Positions 9,109 through 17,577 of a stretch of DNA of 64,000 nucleotides are shown piece by piece. The stretch lies in the IMG/VR virus record IMGVR_UViG_3300037067_027627; one strand, written 5' to 3'. The translations under genes and the position numbers were made by a program. Positions within the stretch are counted from its first letter, which is position 1. The number at the start of each line of letters is the position of its first letter. The notes below the pieces were generated by a model. It worked only from the letters and a program-made list of their open reading frames with translations. It searched no databases and was not told where the DNA came from. The stretch comes from a virus (Duplodnaviria; Heunggongvirae; Uroviricota; Caudoviricetes).

Positions 9109-9978
9109 ATGTTGATCCAGCCACTCCCTCCAGTGGGTGTTCATTACAAAACTGCGTGGGGAGATTCCTATGATTATTACGGCAATCTCGTTGAACAGAA
9201 CTCCAAGCGATGTGTTGGCGGGAGTTATAACGAGTCGTTAGATGCCGTTTATAATGAGTGGACAGAACTTATTTACTACAGATTTTTCAGGAACCATAAG
9301 CACACGATGGCGTTTGGAGACAAACGTTTTAAAGAATCAGAGATCTCAAACGTGGAAGAGGTTGTCACCCGTTTGTATGGAGGGTTCGGGTTCGATTCTC
9401 TTATGCGAATGATAGGTTCCGATCCGAAATTACTTCACGATTCGCTCGATCATGAACGAAGATTGTGGGCGGATAAACTATATATCGAATTCTTTGACAA
9501 GTTTTGCGCAGAGAACTCCATACGCCCAGACCAGATTCCCTCAAACTCGATGGAGTCCATGCGTGATGTGTTCTACAGGCATGCTCTTGATGGCGATATT
9601 GTTACGCGTGACTGGTCAAGAAAATACATGAGTTACATAATCGGGGTAGAAACATCAAACGGGGAAATTTACGAGATGACTGGTGAACAGATGATGTTCG
9701 GGTGGATATGCGGGCACGCAACGCGAAACCTCGCTGGGTTGGTTGTAGGACTTCAACACGGAATAAATGCAATGAATATGGGAAGAAAACCCGGGTTCTT
9801 TGAGAAATTGTTCTTCAAACGAAGGATCGAACAACGAAAACGTGCGATGGGTTGGAATTTTTACGTATATCCATCATCTGCAAAAGGGGACAAACACGAC
9901 ATACGTGTGAATATATATGATGTCGTTCGGTTTTATCCACCTCCACCCGGGGAACCTGTGAGGAACCCGTTACTATGA
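9109..9978 (+). CDS. Hypothetical protein
   Basis: 289-aa ORF. Its stop overlaps the next ATG (ATGA at 9975). Confidence 0.5.
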   Translation: MLIQPLPPVGVHYKTAWGDSYDYYGNLVEQNSKRCVGGSYNESLDAVYNEWTELIYYRFFRNHKHTMAFGDKRFKESEISNVEEVVTRLYGGFGFDSLMRMIGSDPKLLHDSLDHERRLWADKLYIEFFDKFCAENSIRPDQIPSNSMESMRDVFYRHALDGDIVTRDWSRKYMSYIIGVETSNGEIYEMTGEQMMFGWICGHATRNLAGLVVGLQHGINAMNMGRKPGFFEKLFFKRRIEQRKRAMGWNFYVYPSSAKGDKHDIRVNIYDVVRFYPPPPGEPVRNPLL

Positions 9979-10259
9979 AACGCGGGACTGTTCTGTTTGA
10001 TATACGCGTGCGGATGTTAGATGTAGATCCGACACGCGGGGCTTTTGCGATCGTATTACAGGATTCCGAGGGTGGAATAGAGTGCCCGATTGAAGCATAC
10101 ATGAATACTGTGGATGCTCCGATGGATGATCTGCGTATTAAAATGGCATTCGGTGACATTCGTGATGCAGTTATAGAAGTCATGCGAAAACATTCAGAAG
10201 ACGGAAGCATTGTATACAGGAATAAAAATAAAACGTATGTATCTAGGAAACGCCAGTAG
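9975..10259 (+). CDS. Hypothetical protein
   Basis: 94-aa ORF translationally coupled to the upstream ORF. Its stop codon overlaps the 3' end of tRNA-Asn. Confidence 0.45.
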   Translation: MKRGTVLFDIRVRMLDVDPTRGAFAIVLQDSEGGIECPIEAYMNTVDAPMDDLRIKMAFGDIRDAVIEVMRKHSEDGSIVYRNKNKTYVSRKRQ

Positions 10260-10322
10260 CAGGGCTCGAACCTACGAAACAAGATTAACGGTCTTGCGTG
10301 TTACCAACTACACTATACTGGC
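10251..10322 (-). tRNA. tRNA-Asn (anticodon GTT)
   Basis: Perfect acceptor GCCAGTA/TACTGGC. D-stem GTGT/ACAC. Anticodon arm CAAGA-CCGTTAA-TCTTG (C33 is unusual). T-arm GTAGG-TTCGAGC-CCTGC. Discriminator G. Confidence 0.7.
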
Positions 10323-10325
10323 TCA

Positions 10326-10409
10326 TCGGTGATGCAGGATTTGAACCTGCGAAAGCCCTTCGACAACGGATCTTGAATCCGTCCCGTTTGACCACTCCGG
10401 CAATCACCG
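10326..10409 (-). tRNA. tRNA-Leu (anticodon CAA)
   Basis: Acceptor CGGTGAT/ATCACCG. Anticodon arm ACGGA-TTCAAGA-TCCGT. 15-nt variable arm TGTCGAAGGGCTTTC. T-arm GCAGG-TTCAAAT-CCTGC. Discriminator A. Confidence 0.75.
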
Positions 10410-10411
10410 TA

Positions 10412-10495
10412 TACGCCGGGCAAGATTCGAACTTGCGAAAGCCCTTCGACACCGGGTTCTAAGCCCGGCGGATTTGACCACTCTCCCACCGACGT
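10412..10495 (-). tRNA. tRNA-Leu (anticodon TAG)
   Basis: Acceptor ACGTCGG/CCGGCGT. Anticodon arm CCGGG-CTTAGAA-CCCGG. Same long variable arm as the neighbouring Leu. T-arm GCAAG-TTCGAAT-CTTGC. Discriminator A. Only 2 nt from the next tRNA. Confidence 0.75.
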
Positions 10496-10536
10496 TCTTG
10501 TTAGTTTTGTTATCTTTGTTAGTTCCCTCTCGGGAA

Positions 10537-10619
10537 TGCGTCCGACAGGACTTGAACCTGTATTGTTTCCTCGTGCTCGACTTTAAATCGAGTGCGTTCA
10601 ACCGTTTCGCCACGGACGC
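10537..10619 (-). tRNA. tRNA-Leu (anticodon TAA)
   Basis: Acceptor GCGTCCG/CGGACGC. Anticodon arm CTCGA-TTTAAAG-TCGAG. Long variable region. T-arm ACAGG-TTCAAGT-CCTGT. Discriminator A. Confidence 0.65.
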
Positions 10620-10622
10620 GCA

Positions 10623-10704
10623 TAAGTGGAGCCGGATTCGCACCGGCGACGTTTCCTCGTCCAGAATCTCGATCTGGTGGAGTCGGCTTCTGTCCCATCC
10701 ACTT
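10623..10704 (-). tRNA. tRNA-Leu (anticodon GAG)
   Basis: Acceptor AAGTGGA/TCCACTT. Anticodon arm CCAGA-TCGAGAT-TCTGG. Variable hairpin ACGAGGAAACGTC. T-arm GCCGG-TGCGAAT-CCGGC with G55. Discriminator A. Confidence 0.65.
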
Positions 10705-10738
10705 TCTTTCAACTATCTGGAATTTCCAGACAGTTGAA

Positions 10739-10823
10739 CGATACCGGTAGGAATTGAACCTACAAAGTCTTTCGACCCGGCTGCTTTCAAGGCAGTTTAG
10801 CGCACCACACTACCCACGGTACC
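10739..10823 (-). tRNA. tRNA-Ser (anticodon TGA)
   Basis: Acceptor GGTACCG/CGGTATC. Anticodon loop CTTGAAA. Long variable arm. T-arm GTAGG-TTCAATT-CCTAC. Discriminator G. Confidence 0.55.
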
Positions 10824-10891
10824 ATTTGTTCTGCGAGGCGGTACAGGGGTGTTACCCCGCGACCTTTAGGAGAATCGCCCTACCCCGCATA
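10824..10891. ncRNA. Unresolved 68-nt structured spacer between tRNA-Ser and tRNA-Cys; possibly a non-canonical or degenerate tRNA
   Basis: Contains the GGGGTGTTACCCC hairpin and GGCG...CGCC pairing, but no canonical T-loop could be placed. Confidence 0.2.
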
Positions 10892-10974
10892 AGGACATAA
10901 CAGGATTCGAACCTGTGAAGGGAAATCCCTGTGGATCTGCAATCCACCGCAATTGACCGCTCTGCCATATGCCC
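10892..10974 (-). tRNA. tRNA-Cys (anticodon GCA) with an unusually long (14-nt) variable region
   Basis: Acceptor GGGCATA/TATGTCC. Anticodon arm GTGGA-TTGCAGA-TCCAC. T-arm ACAGG-TTCGAAT-CCTGT. Discriminator U, the universal Cys identity. Extra hairpin AGGGATTTCCCT in the variable position. Confidence 0.55.
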
Positions 10975-11011
10975 ATTTCTTTTCAGGTATTAAGTAATTC
11001 TTAACACCTCA

Positions 11012-11096
11012 CGCCCCGTGCTGGAATCGAACCAACGCCACCCAACGGGTGCACAACGATTAGCAGTCGTGGGGATTACCGCTCTCCCAACGGGGC
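11012..11096 (-). tRNA. tRNA-Ser (anticodon GCT)
   Basis: Acceptor GCCCCGT/ACGGGGC. Anticodon loop CTGCTAA. Long variable arm GTGCACCCGTTGGGTGGC. T-arm GTTGG-TTCGATT-CCAGC. Discriminator G. Confidence 0.65.
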
Positions 11097-11241
11097 AAAA
11101 AACCTATACTAGCCGCTTATAGACTAAGCAAGCGACACGAGGACAGACTATTCAGTAAAGAGACAACCTTAGAAACGTTTCCATCTCTTTCACCGTATCT
11201 GAACATAATAATATGTTGGGCGGGGATCTATATAAAGTTAG

Positions 11242-12366
11242 TTATCGCCGCTCGATTTGTTGTTTTTCTGCATGCATCCGCGTGCTTGAAATTCTTTGCC
11301 CTGTCGCGTCAGTAACCAGTGGTATGAGACAGATGGCAACAGGAGGAAGTGAATACATTTTCCGAAGATCGTTAACGTACTCAGCATTCTCTTTTGTTTC
11401 TTCACTTGCTACGAGAATGTCGTAGAATGGGTTCATTCCGACATCTCCCCACGCATCCACCAGTGGTTTAAACATGTAATCCGCATGATACTTCTTTGAT
11501 TTTATATAGTCTTTTATCTGGTTTATACGAACTTTGTACGGCTGAACCGGATGAGTTTTCTTGCTTGCCATGTGATCGCTTGTAATCCCGATATGTACAG
11601 CTCCCCCGTTCCCAGCAAGAGAGAATGCCGCATCTAATAACGCTCTATGCCCTGCGTGTAAGAGATCGAATGTCCCTCCAACCACAATCTCGGGGCGATT
11701 CATACGAATCATCCCTAGAATATTCTCAACCATTTTATTTCCCAAGAGTTTCTGGATAACCGGGGTATAGAATATCGGATCGCGTCTCATGAGTTTGATA
11801 AGAATATCTTTGCGCGCGCGATAGTATACTGTGGCCGGAACAAAAGCGTATTCTTCCCGTATCCAGTTTTCGATTTCCTCATAATGATGTGACGCCGTGT
11901 AAGCCAAATCAATATCCATAACCAAGGCTTCGTCAGGGTTTCGCGGAGGTTCCACATGTTCTGTCGCCAGAATATACGACTTTATTCGTTCGATAACAAC
12001 GAGATCTGGGGTCTTACCCGATCGGTTGTATAGTTCTGACATTACAGATTCACATCCATCCGCACTTATCCTTACATTTTCATGATCTGTGGAATGGGTG
12101 TCATAAACAATATCGTGGAAGAATAACGCCAGAATTGCTTCGTCCGGGTAATTAAACTCGTGACGGAACCACGCAGCGTTTGATATGCATTCAGTGAGAT
12201 GGTTTATGCTGTGGTATTTACGTGATTTATGCGTATACGGTTTCACTACAGTAATGAAGAAGTAATCGAGACTGTCGTGGAGTCCCAGATTTTCGCATGC
12301 ATCTCGCCACATGTCATATAAATACTGCTGGGATTCCGTTGGTATAGCAATTCTTGAATTTGCCAT
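11242..12366 (-). CDS. HD-domain phosphohydrolase fused to NMN/NaMN adenylyltransferase (NadM/NadD-like cytidylyltransferase fold)
   Basis: The C-terminal half carries the nucleotidyltransferase (H/T)xGH motif, GGTFDLLHAGH. The N-terminal half has HD-like His/Asp residues (HSINHL...FFHDIVYD). Start trimmed to MANSRIAIP at 12366 to remove overlap with the divergent gene. Confidence 0.6.
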   Translation of the reverse strand: MANSRIAIPTESQQYLYDMWRDACENLGLHDSLDYFFITVVKPYTHKSRKYHSINHLTECISNAAWFRHEFNYPDEAILALFFHDIVYDTHSTDHENVRISADGCESVMSELYNRSGKTPDLVVIERIKSYILATEHVEPPRNPDEALVMDIDLAYTASHHYEEIENWIREEYAFVPATVYYRARKDILIKLMRRDPIFYTPVIQKLLGNKMVENILGMIRMNRPEIVVGGTFDLLHAGHRALLDAAFSLAGNGGAVHIGITSDHMASKKTHPVQPYKVRINQIKDYIKSKKYHADYMFKPLVDAWGDVGMNPFYDILVASEETKENAEYVNDLRKMYSLPPVAICLIPLVTDATGQRISSTRMHAEKQQIERR

Positions 12367-12419
12367 AATAACTCTTGATACAGGAAGAATATAAATATAG
12401 CTACTACCATTTTTAATAC

Positions 12420-13580
12420 ATGGATGACATCGCGTGGATGAATGAGCCTGAGGCTGCAAAAGCACTTGTATATAATATGCTCAATGTAACGCGTATTTTG
12501 TCTCCGACAGGAATGGAACGCGAGATGACCGCGTTCTGCAACGAAGAATTAATAAAATGCGGATTTGAAACGCACATCGATACACATGGAAATATAATGG
12601 CAATACGTGGGCGGGATTCCCAAGATAAATTCATTCTTCTTAATTCTCATATGGATACTGTCCCGATAAACAGGCCGCGATCTCGCCTTTCACTTAGAGA
12701 AGAATATGTGAAAAAACGGAACGATATTCTCACTCGCAGGTTTGGTGTAAAATGCAGATATGTATCAGAAGGGAAAGCACTGATAAGAGCGAGAGATCAC
12801 TATGATACATCAGGATCGTTGTCATTTGAAAGTAGGGAAATGCACGAGTTATATGACCAAGAGCACAAGCAATTCCAAGCCGAACTCGAAGATTTAGAAC
12901 GATTTGTGAAAGACAACGAGAAAAACACTGACGTGTGGGTAGAAGAAGTATCAAACCCTTGGGAACCGCAAAGAATAGTATATAATCCAAGTGCTACTGC
13001 CATCGAGATCACCGAAGGACGGGGAGAGATGTATATGGGCGGGGATGATAAAGCCGGGGTTGCGATGATTCTTACTATTGCTCAACTCACGGATTACCCG
13101 TTGAAAATATTATTTACGGTATCAGAGGAAGAATTCGATATACGCGTTCCCGACCCAGACGATTCTGACCGTACTATCCGTGTATCCGGGGTTCACACGA
13201 TTCCCCCCGACTTCTATGACGATGTTGCGTTTGATTTGACACTGGATAAAGGAGAGGGCAATCTGCTTGTTCCAAAAATAAGCGGGAAGTTGTTATGTGG
13301 TGAAGATCTCGTGACTTTCATATTGCATGTATCAGAAATTGCAGATTACCCGCTTAAAGTAGTGGAAGGATTACGATGTGATGCACTTTACATACGTGAC
13401 CATGTTCCAGCCGTGAATATGTCCACGGGATATCACAACCCGCACCGTCCTAACGATTATGTTAATATTATAGAATCGCATAATATGATGGCTCTTGTAC
13501 GCAAAATTATAACAGAATATAATGCAACCAAGCCTGTGTTTGATCGTATTAAGAAAAAGAAACCTAAAACATCCGATTAG
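12420..13580 (+). CDS. M20-family metallopeptidase (ArgE/DapE/peptidase T-like)
   Basis: LNSHMDTV (H-x-D), GGDDKAGVAMILTIAQ (metal-binding Asp) and FTVSEEEFD (EE) form the M20 dinuclear-zinc signature. Confidence 0.65.
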   Translation: MDDIAWMNEPEAAKALVYNMLNVTRILSPTGMEREMTAFCNEELIKCGFETHIDTHGNIMAIRGRDSQDKFILLNSHMDTVPINRPRSRLSLREEYVKKRNDILTRRFGVKCRYVSEGKALIRARDHYDTSGSLSFESREMHELYDQEHKQFQAELEDLERFVKDNEKNTDVWVEEVSNPWEPQRIVYNPSATAIEITEGRGEMYMGGDDKAGVAMILTIAQLTDYPLKILFTVSEEEFDIRVPDPDDSDRTIRVSGVHTIPPDFYDDVAFDLTLDKGEGNLLVPKISGKLLCGEDLVTFILHVSEIADYPLKVVEGLRCDALYIRDHVPAVNMSTGYHNPHRPNDYVNIIESHNMMALVRKIITEYNATKPVFDRIKKKKPKTSD

Positions 13581-13629
13581 TTAATATTATATATGTAAAC
13601 GCGCTATTATCACATGGTGAAAACACACT

Positions 13630-14001
13630 ATGGACATACTAGAATTCTTAGTTGAGAACGAAAGCGCGATCCTGCTCGTTATCTCCGTACTGCTTGCAAT
13701 TGTCGCAAGGTACTTCCAGAACCAGTCGAAGATCCTGTACGACGCTGGGCAAGCAATTGTTGATCTTGAGCAGTTATTCCTCGCAGATATCAAGGATGGA
13801 GTTATCTCGAAGGAAGAGATCGATCTTCTTGTACCGAAGGTAGAAGCAGCAAAGGCAGCAATCCTCGCAGTTGTGGAAGTGTTCACTCAGCCCGTTACAT
13901 TCTCCCAGAGACTCGACATTCTTCTCGGATCTACAGGAGCACGGAATAAGATTGCACAGATCCAGATTAAAACGCAGACAATGCAGATGAAGCGTAGATA
14001 A
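13630..14001 (+). CDS. Hypothetical protein
   Basis: 123-aa ORF; hydrophobic N-terminus. Confidence 0.4.
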   Translation: MDILEFLVENESAILLVISVLLAIVARYFQNQSKILYDAGQAIVDLEQLFLADIKDGVISKEEIDLLVPKVEAAKAAILAVVEVFTQPVTFSQRLDILLGSTGARNKIAQIQIKTQTMQMKRR

Positions 14002-14060
14002 ACGCTTAATTTTTTGGTACCGTGGAAACGCGGTACCACCGAAACAGGTGAAAAAGGAAG

Positions 14061-14342
14061 GTGATTACGATTCCTCTTAGATGTGGCAAGACACAAATTG
14101 GCAACAACATCCGCAAATTGCGAAGAGAAGGGTACCCGCAACGTCAAGCAGTGGCTATTGCAATGAGTCATTCACGGCGATGTAAAACGGGCAAGGTTTC
14201 ATGGAAGACCGGGCGTTCTAAAAAACGCATAGGGTGGGGGTTCAAGAAATGTGCATTATCTGTGATACGAACTTCTCCGATTAATACACCAAAACAGTTC
14301 ACAAGAACAATGTCCAGAGTGCGTAAAATCTGCCGCAAATAA
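14061..14342 (+). CDS. Small basic protein, paralog 1 of a tandem trio
   Basis: 93 aa, K/R-rich. Shares the C-terminal motif KKCALSVIRTSPINTPKQF with the next two ORFs. Confidence 0.5.
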   Translation: MITIPLRCGKTQIGNNIRKLRREGYPQRQAVAIAMSHSRRCKTGKVSWKTGRSKKRIGWGFKKCALSVIRTSPINTPKQFTRTMSRVRKICRK

Positions 14343-14412
14343 TGCAAAATCAAACTTTTTTTGAAACACCTTTAAATACCTTTCTGCGCAATACAGATAT
14401 CGGTGCAACTAC

Positions 14413-14781
14413 ATGAGTAAATGTGTTCGAATCAACGGGCAACTCTGTTGTTCGTGTATGCCGTGTAGTAAACCGAAACGACGGAGAAATATTATGGTTA
14501 AGCGCAGAACTCACAGACGTGTTGGAACGCGGAAGGGATACAACAAGAAATGTGTCATCTCGATCATCCGACGCGCAAAGATCGGAACTGCAAAGCAGTT
14601 CAGTATGGCAATCAAGAAAGCACGGAAGGCTTGCCGGGCTACTAAGGTCAAGGCATCTACCGGTGGACGCCGCAAGGTCGGAACCAGACGCCGGAAGCTG
14701 GGCACACGCAAGTGCAAGTACGGCCACCGCAAGGGTAGCAAGAGATGCCGTAAGACTCCACGCAAAGCATCACGCCGGTAA
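14413..14781 (+). CDS. Small extremely basic protein, paralog 2 (about 40% K+R)
   Basis: Carries the motif KKCVISIIRRAKIGTAKQFSMAIKKARKACRA. Codon usage is consistent with a real gene; it sits in a local high-GC block. Confidence 0.55.
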   Translation: MSKCVRINGQLCCSCMPCSKPKRRRNIMVKRRTHRRVGTRKGYNKKCVISIIRRAKIGTAKQFSMAIKKARKACRATKVKASTGGRRKVGTRRRKLGTRKCKYGHRKGSKRCRKTPRKASRR

Positions 14782-14801
14782 TTCAGTAGGAGTGGATTGA
14801 C

Positions 14802-15182
14802 ATGGTAAGAAAGAGTGGAAGACGAAGAACAACCCGCAGAACAGTCACGAAAGTGGTTGCCGGTAAGAGATGCGTATGCAAATCTGTCCGTGGAAAAGCT
14901 GCGAAGGGCGCATTCAAGAAGTGCCTGATCTCGGCAATCCGTGGAACCAAGGTTACCACACCGAAGTCAGCACGTCGCGCATTCAACGCCGCTGCAAAGC
15001 GGTGCAGTGCACGGGTTCTTGGAAAGCCGGTTGCAACCCGCCGACGCCGCAAGGGTGTTCGCAGGGCTGCACCACGCCGCAGACGATCGGCATCTCCGCG
15101 CATGAGCGCCGGATCGTGGAGTGGAAACATACCACGCCGCGCAGAACGGTTAAGCCACAGCAAATACTGGCTCAACCAGTAA
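14802..15182 (+). CDS. Small extremely basic protein, paralog 3
   Basis: Carries the motif KKCLISAIRGTKVTTPKSARRAFNAAAKRCSA, homologous to paralog 2. Confidence 0.55.
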   Translation: MVRKSGRRRTTRRTVTKVVAGKRCVCKSVRGKAAKGAFKKCLISAIRGTKVTTPKSARRAFNAAAKRCSARVLGKPVATRRRRKGVRRAAPRRRRSASPRMSAGSWSGNIPRRAERLSHSKYWLNQ

Positions 15183-15231
15183 CTTTTTTTAAACGTGAAC
15201 AGGGTTTGACCCCACGGTCACGCGATTGATA

Positions 15232-15837
15232 TCACACGAATTCTGTAGTGGTTTCTGATCCGTGCCCAGACCATGTTGTAAATGTTTTCTGGTAACACTC
15301 CAAGAAGTCTTGTATATCTTCGAGATTATCGAAGAGGGTCATCGAACTATACTCGCTGCATGTGTTCCACGGTTTGCGCAGACCAACCCCGATTTTATTC
15401 TTTGCGAGTGCCGCATTTATCGTGTCTGCGCGGTCGTCTACCACAACAGCAACGCGTGGATTGTCGAACATCGATGTTTTGTCGGAAGATACAACAACCT
15501 CGTCATATACAAGATCGTGTATTTTCAGCCATTCTACGAGTTCCGCACGGTATTCGTCCTTGCGATGAGATGCGATAATCACATGGAACTTCGATTTCAT
15601 GAATTTCAGGAACTGTTCGGCATACGGGTATGGATTATAACTGCACTGGTGAGAATGGACGCGATTAAAAACTTCAATCACCTGATCCTGACCAGAGTAT
15701 TTATATATCGCTTCCCATCCGGTACATTCCCGTCGTTTGGGAATGCGAACCCCCATTTCAGATCCCGTTGCAAAAACAGCATCGTGAAAAGCCCATAGTG
15801 TTTCATCCACATCAACGATTGCGATTGGCTTCGACAT
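15232..15837 (-). CDS. HAD-superfamily hydrolase, 5'(3')-deoxyribonucleotidase-like
   Basis: The N-terminus MSKPIAIVDVDETLW carries the HAD motif I, DxDx(T/V). Confidence 0.55.
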   Translation of the reverse strand: MSKPIAIVDVDETLWAFHDAVFATGSEMGVRIPKRRECTGWEAIYKYSGQDQVIEVFNRVHSHQCSYNPYPYAEQFLKFMKSKFHVIIASHRKDEYRAELVEWLKIHDLVYDEVVVSSDKTSMFDNPRVAVVVDDRADTINAALAKNKIGVGLRKPWNTCSEYSSMTLFDNLEDIQDFLECYQKTFTTWSGHGSETTTEFV

Positions 15838-15840
15838 TTT

Positions 15841-16251
15841 TCACCTGTTGTTCTTTATCTTTGATTCGAGTTCGCGACATTGTGATTTCAATCTGAGCAG
15901 TTCTGCCTGTATGTGGTTGGATTGTTCGTGAAGACCGTTGATCACAGGCTCGTATTTCTTCTCTGACATGTGAATCCCGCTATACGTTCCAATATCTGTC
16001 CCAGCTAAGAACAGCAGTGCAGGTTCATCAACAAACTCTGCATACACCCGATTGAGAAAATCTCCGGTGTTTGCATTGCCATCAACAGGCGCGACATCCG
16101 TAAAGCACTTTTGAATCCTGTTCCTGTACGTTTCATATTCGGTATCGGTCATACCGGCAATGGTTTGCGTGGTGCAATCCACAACCATGCCTACGTCACG
16201 AACCGTCTCAAACTTTGGGAATACTTTTCCCTTTACAAACTTTGTTCTCAT
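15841..16251 (-). CDS. Hypothetical protein
   Basis: 136-aa ORF in a tight co-directional array. Confidence 0.45.
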   Translation of the reverse strand: MRTKFVKGKVFPKFETVRDVGMVVDCTTQTIAGMTDTEYETYRNRIQKCFTDVAPVDGNANTGDFLNRVYAEFVDEPALLFLAGTDIGTYSGIHMSEKKYEPVINGLHEQSNHIQAELLRLKSQCRELESKIKNNR

Positions 16252-16560
16252 TTAATGTCCTCCTCCTTGTTCCATTGCCCACTCCATCTCCAAACGTTTA
16301 TCGGCAACGTTGTTCTTTTCGTCTGATTCCCGTAGTTTCTCGCGGATCTCTGGAACAGTCAACATCTTGTAATCTTTCTGTTCAAGAGATCTTTCATATT
16401 CATTCATAAGAATGAATATAATACGAGAATCCACATTCATCCGTGTGGTGTGCGCCAGAAGTTGTTCATGGTAGAACCGGGCTTTTCGCCGTGCTCGCAC
16501 AACATCCATCACCTCGCAGAATAACTGGGTTACACGCGATTCGTATTCTTTGTTATCCAT
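16252..16560 (-). CDS. Hypothetical protein
   Basis: 102-aa ORF abutting the previous gene. Confidence 0.45.
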   Translation of the reverse strand: MDNKEYESRVTQLFCEVMDVVRARRKARFYHEQLLAHTTRMNVDSRIIFILMNEYERSLEQKDYKMLTVPEIREKLRESDEKNNVADKRLEMEWAMEQGGGH

Positions 16561-16563
16561 ATG

Positions 16564-16974
16564 TTATTCCTTCTGTTTCCATTCTTCGCAATGTATCACA
16601 TGACTGCCTCTGCCCGGGTAAGGGCACTCTGGTCGTCTATACTTCTCACAACTTAGGCAGTATACGAATCCACTGTAATGAATCATCGACGCATCCGTCA
16701 CAATCGGGTGCACTTCTATGAATGGGCGATCTCCGCAGCTACTACCATCCTCATCAATGTTCCCGGGTTTCATCTTGTTCAATTGTTCAGCCATTAATAC
16801 CCAAGATGATGAGTCATATCCTTCTCGAATGTCGTGATCAATCATATCCTTGCATTCTTCGATACATCCTTTGCGAAGAATCTCGAATAGTTCAATAGAC
16901 GTTTCCACCGACATCGTTACAAACTTGACACTATGTGTGTCGTAACCTTTAATCCCCACCAGATATGCTTTCAT
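16564..16974 (-). CDS. Hypothetical protein
   Basis: 136-aa ORF. Confidence 0.45.
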   Translation of the reverse strand: MKAYLVGIKGYDTHSVKFVTMSVETSIELFEILRKGCIEECKDMIDHDIREGYDSSSWVLMAEQLNKMKPGNIDEDGSSCGDRPFIEVHPIVTDASMIHYSGFVYCLSCEKYRRPECPYPGRGSHVIHCEEWKQKE

Positions 16975-16978
16975 GTGT

Positions 16979-17257
16979 TCACCCGCATGGTAATTTTACG
17001 CAGTTATCACCATCATACTCATGTGCAACGAACTTGAACGTGTCCAGACTTATCAGAGACGAGCAGTGAATCCCGCCGATATTGCAAGGGCAACCTTTCA
17101 CATTACACCCGGCGACGTATAACTTCTTCTCAGTTACGTAATACAAAACAGGTATAAGAGAAAGCCCATCTGTGGATTTCCCTTCTTTAGCAATCTCCAT
17201 ACGGCAGTTGCCGCAAAAGAGGTTACCTACCTCTTTTCCACACCGATCGCATTTCAT
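16979..17257 (-). CDS. Zinc-ribbon protein
   Basis: MKCDRCGKEVGNLFCGNCRME plus a later CxxC. Confidence 0.45.
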   Translation of the reverse strand: MKCDRCGKEVGNLFCGNCRMEIAKEGKSTDGLSLIPVLYYVTEKKLYVAGCNVKGCPCNIGGIHCSSLISLDTFKFVAHEYDGDNCVKLPCG

Positions 17258-17577
17258 TTCTTGATCTCTGTTGTCTTTGATCGAGCTTGTTCGATTGATT
17301 TGCGAATCACAGGAGCTGCTTTCTCATACATATCAATCCGTGCGATAATAAACGCAGCGTAATTAATAATGTCGATAAGCTCGTCCCGCTTCTTCTTGTT
17401 GTCGGAAGAGTAAAAAGCCCGCGTGGCTTTATACATCAGGACGCCTTCCAACGCTTCAACCGGGGCAACATCTTTCGGTTCCTGCGTATACAGTGTACCA
17501 CGTTCGATCTTTGTGCTTACGACTTCGCGCATAACCGCAAGATAACTCTCGTCTTTCTTACTGCCATCTTCTGTCAT
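17254..17577 (-). CDS. Hypothetical protein
   Basis: 107 aa; 4-nt overlaps at both ends. Confidence 0.45.
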   Translation of the reverse strand: MTEDGSKKDESYLAVMREVVSTKIERGTLYTQEPKDVAPVEALEGVLMYKATRAFYSSDNKKKRDELIDIINYAAFIIARIDMYEKAAPVIRKSIEQARSKTTEIKK

